From: Octopus sinensis | Taxonomy: Eukaryota | Assembly (NCBI RefSeq): GCF_006345805.1 | Contig: NW_021823668.1 | Location: forward strand, 1 to 29,163 | Direction of reading: 5' to 3' | DNA length: 29,163 bases | In this document: positions 8,350 to 20,021 of the stretch, one piece after another | Numbering within the stretch: position 1 is the first letter of the stretch | Layout of the letters: each line of letters begins with the position of its first letter | The notes under the pieces: model-generated | What the model was told of the DNA's origin: nothing | Database searches by the model: none | The model's input: only the letters and a program-made list of their open reading frames with translations | Position numbers and translations under genes: made by a program

Positions 8350-8790
8350 GGCGCATTAATTGAATGCTGGATCAGGAGTGAACCCAGTAGAAAGGGATTT
8401 TGACGATGCGTGAAAGCAAAAAAAAGGGGGAATTGCAGAACGAATGCATAAGAATAATGCTGGAAAGAACATCCAAAAATATAAGAGATAACAGTTATTA
8501 TGTGATATTGGAAGAAAAGAATTAAAACAAAGCGTAGTAAGGATCAAAGCAAAACTGAAAGATATGACAATAGAAAAAAAGCAGCTCAGGCAAAACAGAT
8601 TTTTTAAGCAAATAAGAAGAAAAACTTTCAGGAACACGTAACAATGATACCAGATGCAAAATAAAGCAAGACATTCTGGCGAGGGATCTGGGACCAACCT
8701 GCAGAGCCTAATGATGAAGTGGAGTGACAGTATGAAATCCAAGGTAAGTTAAGAAATATAGAAGTTCAAGAAGACATAAAGATAACTACA
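8350..8790 (+). pseudogene. Degenerate R4/Dong-like LINE fragment, region N-terminal to RT
   Basis: Broken frames give ..LKRYDNR../QLRQNRFFKQ.. and MIPDAK*SKTFWRGIWDQPAEPNDEVE*, matching the QNRxF..P..E...FW..IW..P..HN...W pattern I recall from RLE-clade ORFs. Confidence 0.6.
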
Positions 8791-8893
8791 AAATATTGAG
8801 AGCAGAGAGAACAAGGAAAAAAAAAAAAAGGAAGAAGTACAAAAAGGACAAGAAGAACAATTACGCAAGAAGGGACTACACAATCAATTCCGT

Positions 8894-9108
8894 GTGTTGA
8901 CCAGACCGAAACTAAGACGTCACCGACAAGCTTATTGTGAAAAGTTACTTCTACATTGGGTGAAGTATTTCCTGCCGAACAGAACACAACATGAAGCGAT
9001 TGGTGGTCCACGCCAGGGGACTTTCGTGGGCCCGGTTCTTTTTATAGTTTATATAAAGGATATCCCAAGAGTCATCAAATACAGCTAAATAGATATATTT
9101 GCAAGCTT
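8894..9108 (+). pseudogene. CR1/L2/Jockey-type reverse transcriptase fragment, part 1
   Basis: LLHWVKYFLPNRTQ..GPRQGTFVGPVLFIVYIKDIPRVIKYS*IDIFA corresponds to W..fL..R.Q..GVPQGsvLGPlLF.iYinD....lFADD. Confidence 0.8.
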
Positions 9109-9109
9109 C

Positions 9110-9458
9110 AGAAAGCTATCTAAGCTTACATCTCAATCACATGATTCGAGGTTCAGTCCCGCTGCTTGACACTTTGGGCAATTGATTTTTTATTGTAGCC
9201 TCGTGTCGACCCAAAGCCTGTGAATGTATTTGGCAGGCGGAAACTGGAAGAAGCCTGTTGTTTGTATGTATATATATTTATGTGTGTGTGTGTGTGTGTT
9301 CCCCACGATCAGTTGACAACATGTGTTGCTGTCTTTATATCCCTCTAATATAGCGGTTCGACATAAAATACCGATAGACATCGTACTGGGATCAATTCAT
9401 GGAACTGAAAATTCTTCAAGGCCACAATGTGATGACTAAAACATGTAAGAGTAAACAA
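9110..9458 (+). mobile_element. Old diverged SINE family B copy inserted in the RT fragment
   Basis: ggttcagtcccgctgc..actttgggcaa..ggaaactggaagaagcctgt, TG tract, accgataga..tgactaaaacatgtaagagtaaa. Confidence 0.78.
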
Positions 9459-9461
9459 ATG

Positions 9462-9580
9462 GAGAAAAGTATCAATGGAGAAGGAGACCAATCTGTACTC
9501 TGATCTACATGCTATAAGCCAATGGGCGGACACAAACAACATCCGCCAAATGAGGGAAAATTTGAATCATGCTCTTTGGG
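9462..9580 (+). pseudogene. CR1/L2-type RT fragment, part 2
   Basis: EKSINGEGDQSVL / SDLHAISQWADTNN matches the lQ.DL..l..Wa..n segment that follows the ADD motif. Confidence 0.65.
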
Positions 9581-9642
9581 AAAAAGAATGCGCTCAAACA
9601 TATTCTCGCTTTTCAAGGGAACTACTCATTGAATCCAATAAT

Positions 9643-9888
9643 CTTCTTTACTACTCTAGGCACAAGGTCCGAAATTTTGGGTGAGAACTCAGAACGTAAA
9701 GACAGACGAAATACCTATTTCTTTACTACCCACTAGAGGCTAAACACAGAGAGGACAAACAAGGACAGACAAACGGATTAAGTCGATTACATTGGCCCCA
9801 GTGCGTAACTGGTACTTAATATATCGACACCGAAAGGATGAAAGGCAAAGTCGACCTCGGCGGAATTTGAACTCACGGCAGACAAAAT
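9643..9888 (-). mobile_element. SINE family A, distal unit plus short tail
   Basis: Reverse complement of the A unit and of the ..ggccttgtgcctagagtagtaaaga tail. Confidence 0.88.
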
Positions 9889-9889
9889 T

Positions 9890-10540
9890 CTTTCCCCTGT
9901 CTGTCTTGATAGACAATGGGTCGCGCCAAGGGTGGGGCCTACTTTGATGATGAGCAGCGTCTGCTGTGACTGAACAGTCCAATTCTAGAGTGGCAGTCCC
10001 TGGTACAGTTGCTGCACACGAACATCGATGGGTACTTGTGGGGTGTTGCTGCAGTTGTCCACCTCCTGTCCCGTCTGTCCGACCACAGCTGTGCTCTCCT
10101 TTCCTCAGCCATGGAAACGCCTTTCCTCACTGTCCGACGCCAGGCAGAGCGGTCAGCAGCTGTTACCTTCCCACGTGTCCACACAGAGTTGGCAGTCCTC
10201 AGGTCGCGCTTGCACACATCCTGTATCGTAGCTGTGGACGTCCTTGGGTCGGATCCCGTGGTGAGTTCGCTGTACAGGATGTCTTTAGGCATGCGACCGT
10301 CCTGCATGCGGCAGACGTGTCCGAGCCAGCGCAGTCGTCTCCGCACGAGGAGGGCATGCATGCTTGGCATATTAGTCTATTCTAGGATGACTCCGTTTGG
10401 TACTCGGTCCTTCCAGGAGATGCCAAGGATCCGTCGAAGACACCGCATGTGGAAGCCGCTGAGGCGGCATTCTTGCCAGGTGTATGTTGTCCAGCTCTCG
10501 CTGCCGTAGAGTAGGGTGCTCTGCACGCAGGTTCGGTACA
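9890..10540 (-). mobile_element. 5'-truncated RTE-clade LINE 3' end (ORF2 C-terminus plus 3'UTR), inactivated
   Basis: VYRTCVQSTLLYGSESWT..FHMRCLRRILGISWKDRVPN..E*(10377-10379)..RRRLRWLGHVCRMQDGRMPKDILYSEL..DVCKRDL..FVCSNCTRDCHSRIGLFSHSRRC*. The 3'UTR ccattgtctatcaagacaga is RTE-like. Confidence 0.93.
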
Positions 10541-10772
10541 CTATTTCTTAACTACCCACAAGGGGATAAACACCGAGGGGACAAAGAAGGACAGACAAAC
10601 GGATTAAGTCGATTATATCGACCCCCAGTGCGTAACTGGTATTTATTTAAGCGACCCCGAAAGAATGAAAGGTAAAGTCGACCTCGGCGAAATTTGAACT
10701 CAGAACACAAAGACAGACGAAATACCACTAAGTATTTCGCCCGGCGTGCTAAAGTTTCTGCCTGCTCGACGC
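10541..10772 (-). mobile_element. SINE family A, head plus first unit
   Basis: Reverse complement of ggcgtcgagcaggcagaaactttagcacgccgggcgaaat..gtgggtagttaagaaatag. Confidence 0.9.
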
Positions 10773-10794
10773 CATCGTAACCTTATATATTATC

Positions 10795-10908
10795 TTATCT
10801 ACTCTAGGCACAAAGCTCGAATTTTTTAGATGGACCCCAGTATGCAACTGGTTTAATTTGTCGACCTCGAAAGAATGAAGCGAAAAGTCGACCTCGGCGG
10901 AATTGGAA
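10795..10908 (-). mobile_element. Truncated SINE family A, short-tail form
   Basis: tactctaggcacaa..gaccccagtatgcaactgg..aagtcgacctcggcggaatt. Confidence 0.8.
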
Positions 10909-10979
10909 AATACATAGAAATCTGCACATATACATACATGCATGCATACGTGCATATATACATACATATATACATACAT

Positions 10980-11234
10980 GTGGAGGCGCGTGGCTTAGTG
11001 GTTAGTGTGTCAGCATCATGATCGTAAGATTGTGGTTTCGATTCCTGGACCGGGTGACGCGTTGTGTTCTTGAGCAAAACACTTCATTTCATGTTGCTCC
11101 AGTCCACTCAGCTGACAAAAATGAGTAACGCTGCGATGGACTGGCGTCCCATCCAGCTGGGGACGCATACGCCATAGAAACCAGGAAACCGGGCCCATGA
11201 GCCTGGCTAGGCTTTAAAAGGGACGCATTTATTT
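10980..11234 (+). mobile_element. tRNA-derived SINE family D
   Basis: gtggaggcgcgtggcttagtggttag A-box, ggtttcgattcc B-box, CORE-like gtgttcttgagcaaaacactt, then gcgatggactggcgtcccatccag..gaaacc tail. Confidence 0.85.
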
Positions 11235-11371
11235 AATGTTTTTTACATGCATACATATAAAAATACCTTGTTGTTGATGAGGAAATTCCAGTGATGTAGC
11301 TTTGGATCAAAGTTAGAAACCGGATCTGTCTGCATTGGCAAGAAATCTTGAAATAAAACTGGACAATGACA

Positions 11372-11426
11372 TACAGAAATATATATACATAAATATATGC
11401 ACGCACACACACAAACAAACACACAT

Positions 11427-11457
<31 letters not shown>

Positions 11458-11497
11458 ATATATACATAAATATATGCACACAAACACACACACACAA

Positions 11498-11533
<36 letters not shown>

Positions 11534-11769
11534 AGATTTACGATCCAATATAAGTTTTAGATCCAATATAGGAATTGCTCTAGGTATGGCGATTGTATGG
11601 AATAAGAACACAAATGGGTTTAAATTCCATTTGTGTTTTATTATACTCACACACATACGCACGCATGCACACACTCAAACACACGCACACACAAACACAC
11701 ACATATCCGCGCTCGAGCGTACAGATACACACACACATATATATATACCTGCATACGCACGTACGTCCA

Positions 11770-11800
<31 letters not shown>

Positions 11801-12341
11801 GTATGTATACTCACGCACTTAAGAACAACATTGTGTATATATCTTATTCAACGTATGTATTTTTCGATTCAGCTGTGTATATCTGTGTTTTTGCGTTTAT
11901 GTGTGTTTGTGTACGATCTTGTGCGTATACGTGGATGTATATACGCACATGCATGCCTACATCCATATGTGTATATATATGCATTTATAAACACTCACAC
12001 GCAAATATTTATATGTATTATACATATATGAATACGATCAAAAAAAAAGTCAGTCAAATCCGCAATAAGTTGTGAGTCATATTCGAGTGAAGTTTGTTTA
12101 TATATTTTTTTTTCAAAATAGGCAATAATATCCCAGCCTAATTCCCATTCATTATTGCCAAAAAATATATAAATAAATCATTTTCTTTACTTCTTTGTGT
12201 CCTCGTTCTTCTACATAAGCGACACCAGTTCCATATGTATATAATATGCAAAAATCTATCCATATTTCTATTATTAAATATGTATTTAGAATATCTAAAA
12301 ATATTATAATATATATTGATTATAATGCATGTGTCCATGTA

Positions 12342-12372
<31 letters not shown>

Positions 12373-12752
12373 GCGTGTATGGGTATGTATAGATATATAC
12401 ATACAATCACACAGATTTATTGTATAATATACATAAATATATACATATATATATATATATATTTATATACTGCTGTAAGTCGCAGTAAATATATTTTTAT
12501 ATGCAATTGGCTGCAGAATATATTTTTTCCGTACATATATATGAAATATAAATGTGTATAAATGTGTTAAGATGCAAGTATATGTTTTCGCTTGTTTAAA
12601 ATCACGCAAGCACACACATACTCACAGACAACGTAACGTACATATATAGAGACAATGGTCTAGGCTGATATTAACACATATATAGATAGACTGAAAGATA
12701 CATATAAAAACATATATACACACAAAACACGTGTATATGCATACATACTACA

Positions 12753-12792
<40 letters not shown>

Positions 12793-12910
12793 CTATATAT
12801 ATATATATATATATATAAATATCTATATATTATATATAATATATATATATATATATCAAAATATCAAAATATCAAAATATATATATATCTATATATGAAA
12901 TTACATGTGT
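11372..12910. repeat. Degenerate (CA)n/(TACA)n/(TA)n microsatellite field with short unique gaps
   Basis: Direct reading; unique gap at about 12040-12290. Confidence 0.85.
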
Positions 12911-13254
12911 GTGCACGAGTGTTTGTGAGCGTGTCGCAAAACAAAACAGATATTTTTGTGAAAGCAGTGGTGAGATTTGAAACCGCCTCCCTTCCGTAGG
13001 TGGTTTATTTTTGTGTAAATGAAATGCAGCAGTGTTCGGAATATATTTTACACATCACAAACCGCGGGAACTAAATCAAACAAAGTAGATGCTTTTCAAA
13101 ATATTCATGCATACACACGCGCACATATAATGCCCCGACTCTAGAAAATGTGATACACAAAACACATGACACACGCGCCTTAGAACACTTCAACACACAA
13201 CCACCCACGCCTGCACACACACAAACACGTACACAAACACGAGTATGGCTAATG

Positions 13255-13313
13255 ATGTAGATATGTAGCTATATATATATATAAACATACATATATGCAT
13301 ATATATTCATATA

Positions 13314-13347
<34 letters not shown>

Positions 13348-13478
13348 TGTAATATATATTATATATATATATATACATTATATATGTATATAAATATATA
13401 TATATATAATATATATATATATAATATATATATATAATACAAATATATATATATATTATATATATGTATATATATATG

Positions 13479-13509
<31 letters not shown>

Positions 13510-13536
13510 GTAATATATATATATATATATATATAT

Positions 13537-13571
<35 letters not shown>

Positions 13572-13590
13572 ATAATATATATATATAATA

Positions 13591-13621
<31 letters not shown>

Positions 13622-14600
13622 CAAATATAAACATATTTCTAAATACGAAATATATTTGTAAACTAAGTATTTCATATATTTCGCATTACACACACACACA
13701 CACCCACACACACACACATATATATATATTCATATGTGTATATATAAATATATATATATGTATGTATGTATATGATTCTTCATACATATATAATTTTATA
13801 ATCATATAAATGTGTATATAACTATACATACATGCATAAGTATTTTTATAAAAACATGTACACACACACACACGCACAAACACACACATATATATATATG
13901 CATGTATATGTTTACATGTATACCTACATACTCAAACAAGTTAATATATATACATATATATATATATGCATATATTCATATATTATATATATATGTATAT
14001 ATGTATATATATATATATTTATACATATATATCAAAATATATACGTATGTATGTTTGTATATATGTATATGCATATATATGTAAATATACATGCACATAA
14101 AGAAATACATATATAAATATATACATGCATATGTGTATTATATATATATGTATATATATATATGTATATATATATGTTGTATATATATATAAGTATATGT
14201 ATATATATATATATATATATAATATATTATATATATATACATACATACATATATACATATATAATATATGTGTGTGTGCGTGTGTGTGTGTTTGTGTGTG
14301 TATATATATATATGTGTGTGTGTGCGTGTATATATCTTTGCTTCTGTATGTGTAAATGTCTCTATGCGTGCAAGGTGATGTGGAAGCGTATGTATACCCT
14401 CGTGTTTTACTACCTTCCACTTGTCTCTCTTATTTTATTTCTTCATTCACAGTGTCACTCATCCTCTTACTCTCTCTCTCTCTCTCTCTCTCTCTACTTG
14501 CACCTTTCTCTCCCTCTCTATCTAACCATATTTATATGAATACCTCTGTGTATGTGTGTGTTTGTGTGCTTGTCTGTGTGTGCGTGTGAGTGAGTGTATG
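13255..14600. repeat. Very long (TA)n-dominated block ending in (TG)n and (CT)n
   Basis: Direct reading; (CT)n at about 14470-14495. Confidence 0.92.
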
Positions 14601-15569
14601 TGATCGTTGGTGTATGTCATTGCCTTTGTGTTCTAGCGTTTTGTCCCCCCCCCCGTGCCTGTTCACGCTTAGTACTGCCGAATGGCTTCATCTCGAAAAT
14701 CCAAGGTCTAGGTTTCGATTTTACTGTATAGCATCTGGTGAAAATTTCAATTTTTCTCTCTTGGTTCGCGTCCCACACAATTTCCGTCTACCACGCTCAT
14801 TTACAACGAATTACTCGGCCATTGGCTATAGTGGAAAACTTTTCACTAATGTTCCACGCAGGGTGATTAAAAAGAAGGATTACTTAGTCCTTCTGTCGAG
14901 TAAATGCCTATTATTCTATAATAATTATAGTACTGTCAGTGATATCGATGTTACGGCCTGCCCTGCCTTCATGTGGTTGCAGAGAGAACTTTTAACTCGC
15001 CCTGCAATTCCTGTGTGTGAGTCGTCTGTAAATATGGACGTGGTTGTCGGTGCATTTGTGAACATACGAATGTGTTTGCATTTACACATTATCATTTGTT
15101 CAGTCAAACTCGTTTTAACCAACGCGAAATATTAGTAAATTGAAACTAACTATATTAAACCTACAACGAAAGCGTGTATACTATATATTAATAACAGCTG
15201 TTTTTTTTTAAATAAAATCCTCATAGTTTATGAAAATGTTATGTTAGATAATATGTGTCACAGTTCTTCACTAGTAATGCTTTTGAGATCAAACATTTTG
15301 CAAAAAAATATTCATGTGAAGCCACACATTATATGAATTCAATATACACTAGGTACAGCTATATACATCAATGCTTTTGTCTATCACGCTACCAGTTTTT
15401 CATATCCAATTATAAAGATAATAATTACTGTATTTATTTACATTAAGACGACAATAAATTTGAAGTAGGGATATGTAATTTCTATTTAAAATATACATAT
15501 AAATATATCAGGCTCTTACGTGTGTATAAATCTCTCACTCTTTCTCTTTCCCCCACCGTCTGTCTCACC

Positions 15570-15608
15570 CAATATATGTATATATATATATATATATATA
15601 ATATATAT

Positions 15609-15645
<37 letters not shown>

Positions 15646-15804
15646 GTGGTGTGTGTGTCTGTGTCTGTATATAAGTATCTCTATTTTTTATGCTTGTGTG
15701 TTTATGCGTGTATGTGTATGTATGTGTATATCTTGATATATATATATATATATATATATATTAAATATAAATATATATATATATAATACACACACACAAC
15801 ACAC

Positions 15805-15844
<40 letters not shown>

Positions 15845-16005
15845 CATTTATAATATTATATATATCTAAAGAGATAGAAAGAGAAGATATACACACATAC
15901 ATATATATATATATACATTCACAAACACACAAACATAAAAATATATAGCCATTTGTGCGTGCGTGGTTATACATACACACACACGCATATATACATACAT
16001 TCATG
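15570..16005. repeat. (TA)n/(TG)n/(CA)n microsatellite block
   Basis: Direct reading. Confidence 0.92.
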
Positions 16006-16197
16006 CATTCTCATTTCATTTCGTATTTGATTACGAGCGTGTTGAGCTTATATAAGGTAGTGTATGTGTGTATCTGTGTATCTAATCATATGTTCCTCTG
16101 ATTTCTATGCTAACAGTTTCGTTTTAAACAACTTTCACGCTCCAAATATTTTTATGTATTTATAATTGAGTCTGTTCACTCTTCTTTATTCCGCTAG

Positions 16198-16209
16198 AAG
16201 ACAGCAACA

Positions 16210-16277
<68 letters not shown>

Positions 16278-16417
16278 CAATAACAACAACAAATATTCAT
16301 GGTATTAATGTTAAGACCACAAATATTAATATTGATAATATCAATAATAATATCAGAGACAGCAAAGACAATGATGATGATAATGATAACAATAACGATA
16401 ATGATGATGATGATATG

Positions 16418-16492
<75 letters not shown>

Positions 16493-16517
16493 TATAATAA
16501 TAATAATAATAATAAAA

Positions 16518-16576
<59 letters not shown>

Positions 16577-16577
16577 G
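16198..16577. repeat. (AAT)n trinucleotide array with degenerate (AAC/GAT) centre
   Basis: Direct reading; source of the poly-I/poly-Y ORFs. Confidence 0.95.
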
Positions 16578-16885
16578 AATATCAATTATTTCTTGTAGTG
16601 TAAAGAATTATTTTAATAATATTTTTTATGAAAATATGCAGTTTAAACATTTTTTTTTTCTTCAAGAAAATTCCTCATTTTAGTCACACAAGTAGAAATG
16701 AAAAATAAAAAAAATTGTGAAAACGGAAGAGCAGAAAGAAAAAATAATCAATCTTAAGAACAAATTTAATCTTCTTTTTTTTTTTCTGTAAGGCACAATA
16801 TGGATTGAAAACGAAAGAAAAAAATGGTGAAAACTAAATTTTCAAATAATCAATACAGGGTAATTAGTCTTGGTGCTGCTGTTTA

Positions 16886-16960
16886 GGGTGTTTTTTTCAG
16901 TTTAAAATGGCCTCGTTCCACAAACCGGAAGTGAGTCTCTCGAGTGTAGTTTGCTTCCGG
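16886..16960. promoter_or_regulatory. Candidate housekeeping-type promoter: YY1-like AAAATGGC plus two inverted ETS sites
   Basis: AAAATGGCC at 16904-16912, CCGGAAGTG at 16925-16933 and GCTTCCGG at 16953-16960, in a CpG-containing patch within very AT-rich DNA. Motif-level evidence only. Confidence 0.4.
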
Positions 16961-17914
16961 CAAACACAGTACAAGCCGATAGGCTTGCTATTACACATCA
17001 TACTAAAGTATGCATTTGCAGCCTGCTGTGAGCGGACAATCAGAGTCACCTACACAAAAATCGTTTGTACTGATCTTTCAGAAATCATTGAAGCCAGGAT
17101 GAAAGTGACTGCTACAAAGAAGAAATGTTAAAAAATATATATATTAAAATAACAACTAAACAAATAATAAAAAATAGAAGAAAGAAACAGAGTTCTTCTA
17201 ATATCTGGTATGGTGCCAGTTCTGCAGTAACACTGCAAAATAATGGAAACAGATCTCCCACCGAACATGTATAAAAAACATAAAAAGTTGTCTATTTTGA
17301 AGCTAAAAATATATAAAAATAATACATTATTATTTATCCGTTTTCATGTTACTTTCATATGGAACATAATTATATTGAAGTCATACAAAAGAAACATATA
17401 ACTCTATTTGTATGAGATGTATTTGAGTTTAGGAAACCAAACCAAATCTCATTTTGTTGTTTAGATATCCTTCAGGTTTGATGGATAGATGTTGATGTTT
17501 ACTAACCCGATATCACTGCAATGTTCCTGCCAAGTTTGGTTTCATCATTTTGGTATTCCTGAATTATTTCTTTTCTGAGAATCTTTAAGGAAAAAAACAT
17601 TTAATCAAAGATGCAGAATTATCTGAGAACCATTTGTAGTCTTAAAAACATACATTAGCATTATGCATACAATACTTTAAATTATCAATGTTTACACACA
17701 TTTATGATTTAATTGAAGCACATTGATAAAAATTAATTAAACAGACAGTGATAACAGTTTTTGCAATTTCTATATCATATTATTCTTGTAGTCGTTCAAT
17801 TTGATATGCAAATATTTTGGAAAATGGATTTTTGGTAGGCTTCTTACTTTGAATGGTGTCTGGTACGCTGAACTATAATCAGGTTCATCTTGTAGTACAG
17901 TAAGTTATTAACAT

Positions 17915-18299
17915 TTTTTTGGAAGCACTCCGTCGGTTACGACGACGAGGGTTCCGGTTGATCCGAATCAACGGAACAGCCTGCTCGTGAAATTAACGTG
18001 TAAGTGGCTGAGCACTCCACAAACACGTGTACCCTTAACGTAGTTTTCGGGGATATTCACCGTGACACAGAGAGTGACAAGGCCGGCCCTTAGAAATACA
18101 GGTACAACAGGAAGTAAGAGTGAGAGAAAATTGTGGTGAAAGAGTACAGCAGGGATCACCACCATCCCCTGACGGAGCCTCGTGGAGCTTTTAGGTGTTT
18201 TCGCTCAATAAACACTCACAACGCCCGGTCTGGGAATCGAAACCGCGATCCTATGACCGCGAGTCCGCTGCCCTAACCACTGGACCATTGCGCCTCCAC
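17915..18299 (-). mobile_element. Full-length SINE family C with 13-bp target-site duplication
   Basis: TSD AAGTTATTAACAT at 17902-17914 and 18300-18312. tRNA head gtggaggcgcaatggtccagtggttaggg, B-box ggtttcgattccc, tail ..aaccgacggagtgcttcc. Confidence 0.95.
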
Positions 18300-18759
18300 A
18301 AGTTATTAACATAATTATTTCATCATAACGTAGAATTTAAACGAAATTAAGCATTATTTACGTTATTATCGTTGTCTACATTGCATTGGAAACATGGAGT
18401 AGTAACTTCTTTTTCTCTGAAAATATTAACGAATTTTATGCCGTAATAGCACCAATACCACGATTTACTGCTGTTATTGAGGAAAAAATAGAACAGCATT
18501 TGATGAATTTTTATATAAACCGATATAAATTAAGATGTTTCTCTAAAGAAGAGGGAATACTCTATATTTTGGAAATGTTTTCTACATTTCCAGTAATGTC
18601 ATATGTAGATATAAGATATTTCATGAATATATATTGATTCATGATATTTTTTTGAGTTCAAGTTTAGTGAACTTGTAAAATATTGAAATTTCCTTAAAAG
18701 TAAATTAGATTTCGTCCTGTTTGAGAAAGCAATGAAAAGAAGGAATATTAAATTTGTCT

Positions 18760-18930
18760 ATATACATACCTACAAACACAAATATAAACACACACATACA
18801 TTTTATCTATCAATATGTATGCGTGTATACATGCGTAGATATATTTCTTTCTCTCTCACACTCTCTCTCTCCCATACACGCAGATTTGAACACATACACG
18901 AGCACGGCCCCACGCATATACATATACATA

Positions 18931-18978
<48 letters not shown>

Positions 18979-19025
18979 CATATGTACATACATATATATA
19001 CATATATATATATAGATATAAACAA

Positions 19026-19095
<70 letters not shown>

Positions 19096-19190
19096 TATAT
19101 TATATATATATATATATATATATAGATATATATATATATAATTATATATTATAAATATATATATAATATATATGTATATATATATAACTA
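18760..19190. repeat. (CA)n/(TACA)n/(TA)n block
   Basis: Direct reading. Confidence 0.9.
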
Positions 19191-19221
19191 AATAGGTTAA
19201 ATACTTTCTGCCCTGAAAATC

Positions 19222-19613
19222 GGCGAGCTGGCAGAATCGTTAGCATGCCGAGCGATATGCTAAGCGGTATTTCGTCTGTCTTTATGTTCTGAGTTCAAAT
19301 TCCGCCGAGGTCGACTTTGCCTTTTATCCTTTTGGGGTCGGTTAAATAAGTACCAGTTACGCACTGGGGTCGATATAATTGACTTAATCTGTTTGTCTGT
19401 CCTTGTTTCTCCTCTGTGAGTAGCCCCTTGTGGGTAGTAAAGAAATAGGTATTTCGTCTGTCTTTATGTCCTGAGTTCAAATTCCGCCGAGGTCGACTTT
19501 GCCAGTTATCATCTCGGGGTCGAAAAATTAAGTAACAGTTGCGTACTGGGGTCGATCTAATTGACTGGCCTCCTTCTCCAAAATTGCGGGCTTTGTGCCT
19601 AGAGTAGAAAAGA
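19222..19613 (+). mobile_element. SINE family A dimer with short tail
   Basis: Unit starts at 19266 and 19448. Probable TSD TTTCTGCC(C/T)TGA at 19205-19216 and 19618-19629. Confidence 0.92.
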
Positions 19614-19706
19614 AAATTTTCTGCCTTGATTTCTTAACTTTCGAATATACACCTTACTGGGGTAAATGAAAAATTGAACCTTGAGTGACAGAGTCAGTAA
19701 GATACC

Positions 19707-19939
19707 TATTTCTTTACTACCCACAAGGGGCTAAACACAGAGGGCAAAACAAGGACAGACAAACGGATTAAGTCGATTATATCGACCCCAGTGCGTAAAT
19801 GGTACTTATTTAAACGACCCCGAAAGGATGAAAGGCAAAGTCGACCTCGGCGGAATTTGAACTCAGAACGTAACAGCAGACGAAATACGGCTACGGATTT
19901 CGCCCGGCGTTCTAACGACTCTGCCAGCTCGCCGCCTTG
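19707..19939 (-). mobile_element. SINE family A monomer
   Basis: Complete head-to-unit-end on the minus strand, flanked by taagatacc (19698-19706) and taaaatacc (19940-19948). Confidence 0.93.
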
Positions 19940-20021
19940 TAAAATACCGTTTAGCTAAGAGGTGCTGTGTTTTTTCTCATGTTCATCACACTAACATTCG
20001 GCACATATTATAATGGGAAAT

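Noticed and set aside
8356-8742. 128-aa hydrophobic minus-strand ORF resembling a membrane protein
   Set aside because: It is the antisense of an A-rich decayed LINE fragment; the F/L richness comes from T-richness.
9966-10509. 139-aa and 166-aa plus-strand ORFs
   Set aside because: Antisense shadows of the GC-rich RTE coding fragment.
16160-16585. Poly-I/L/Y and poly-I/D/N ORFs
   Set aside because: Translation of the (AAT)n array.
16907-17131. 74-aa ORF MASFHKPE.. as a complete gene
   Set aside because: No recognisable domain, and a strong GTGAGT donor after codon 8 argues against reading it unspliced; kept only as a motif-level finding.
17205-17237. Two adjacent small hairpins (CTGGTA/TGCCAG and TGCAGT/ACTGCA)
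   Set aside because: 6-bp stems are expected by chance and there is no recognisable RNA family.
17845-17900. Possible small exons: minus strand (D)EPDYSSAYQTPFK/GTAAGA, or plus strand ending ACA/GTAAGT
   Set aside because: Acceptors are weak, the plus-strand version is closed in all frames, and there is no homology I can recognise.
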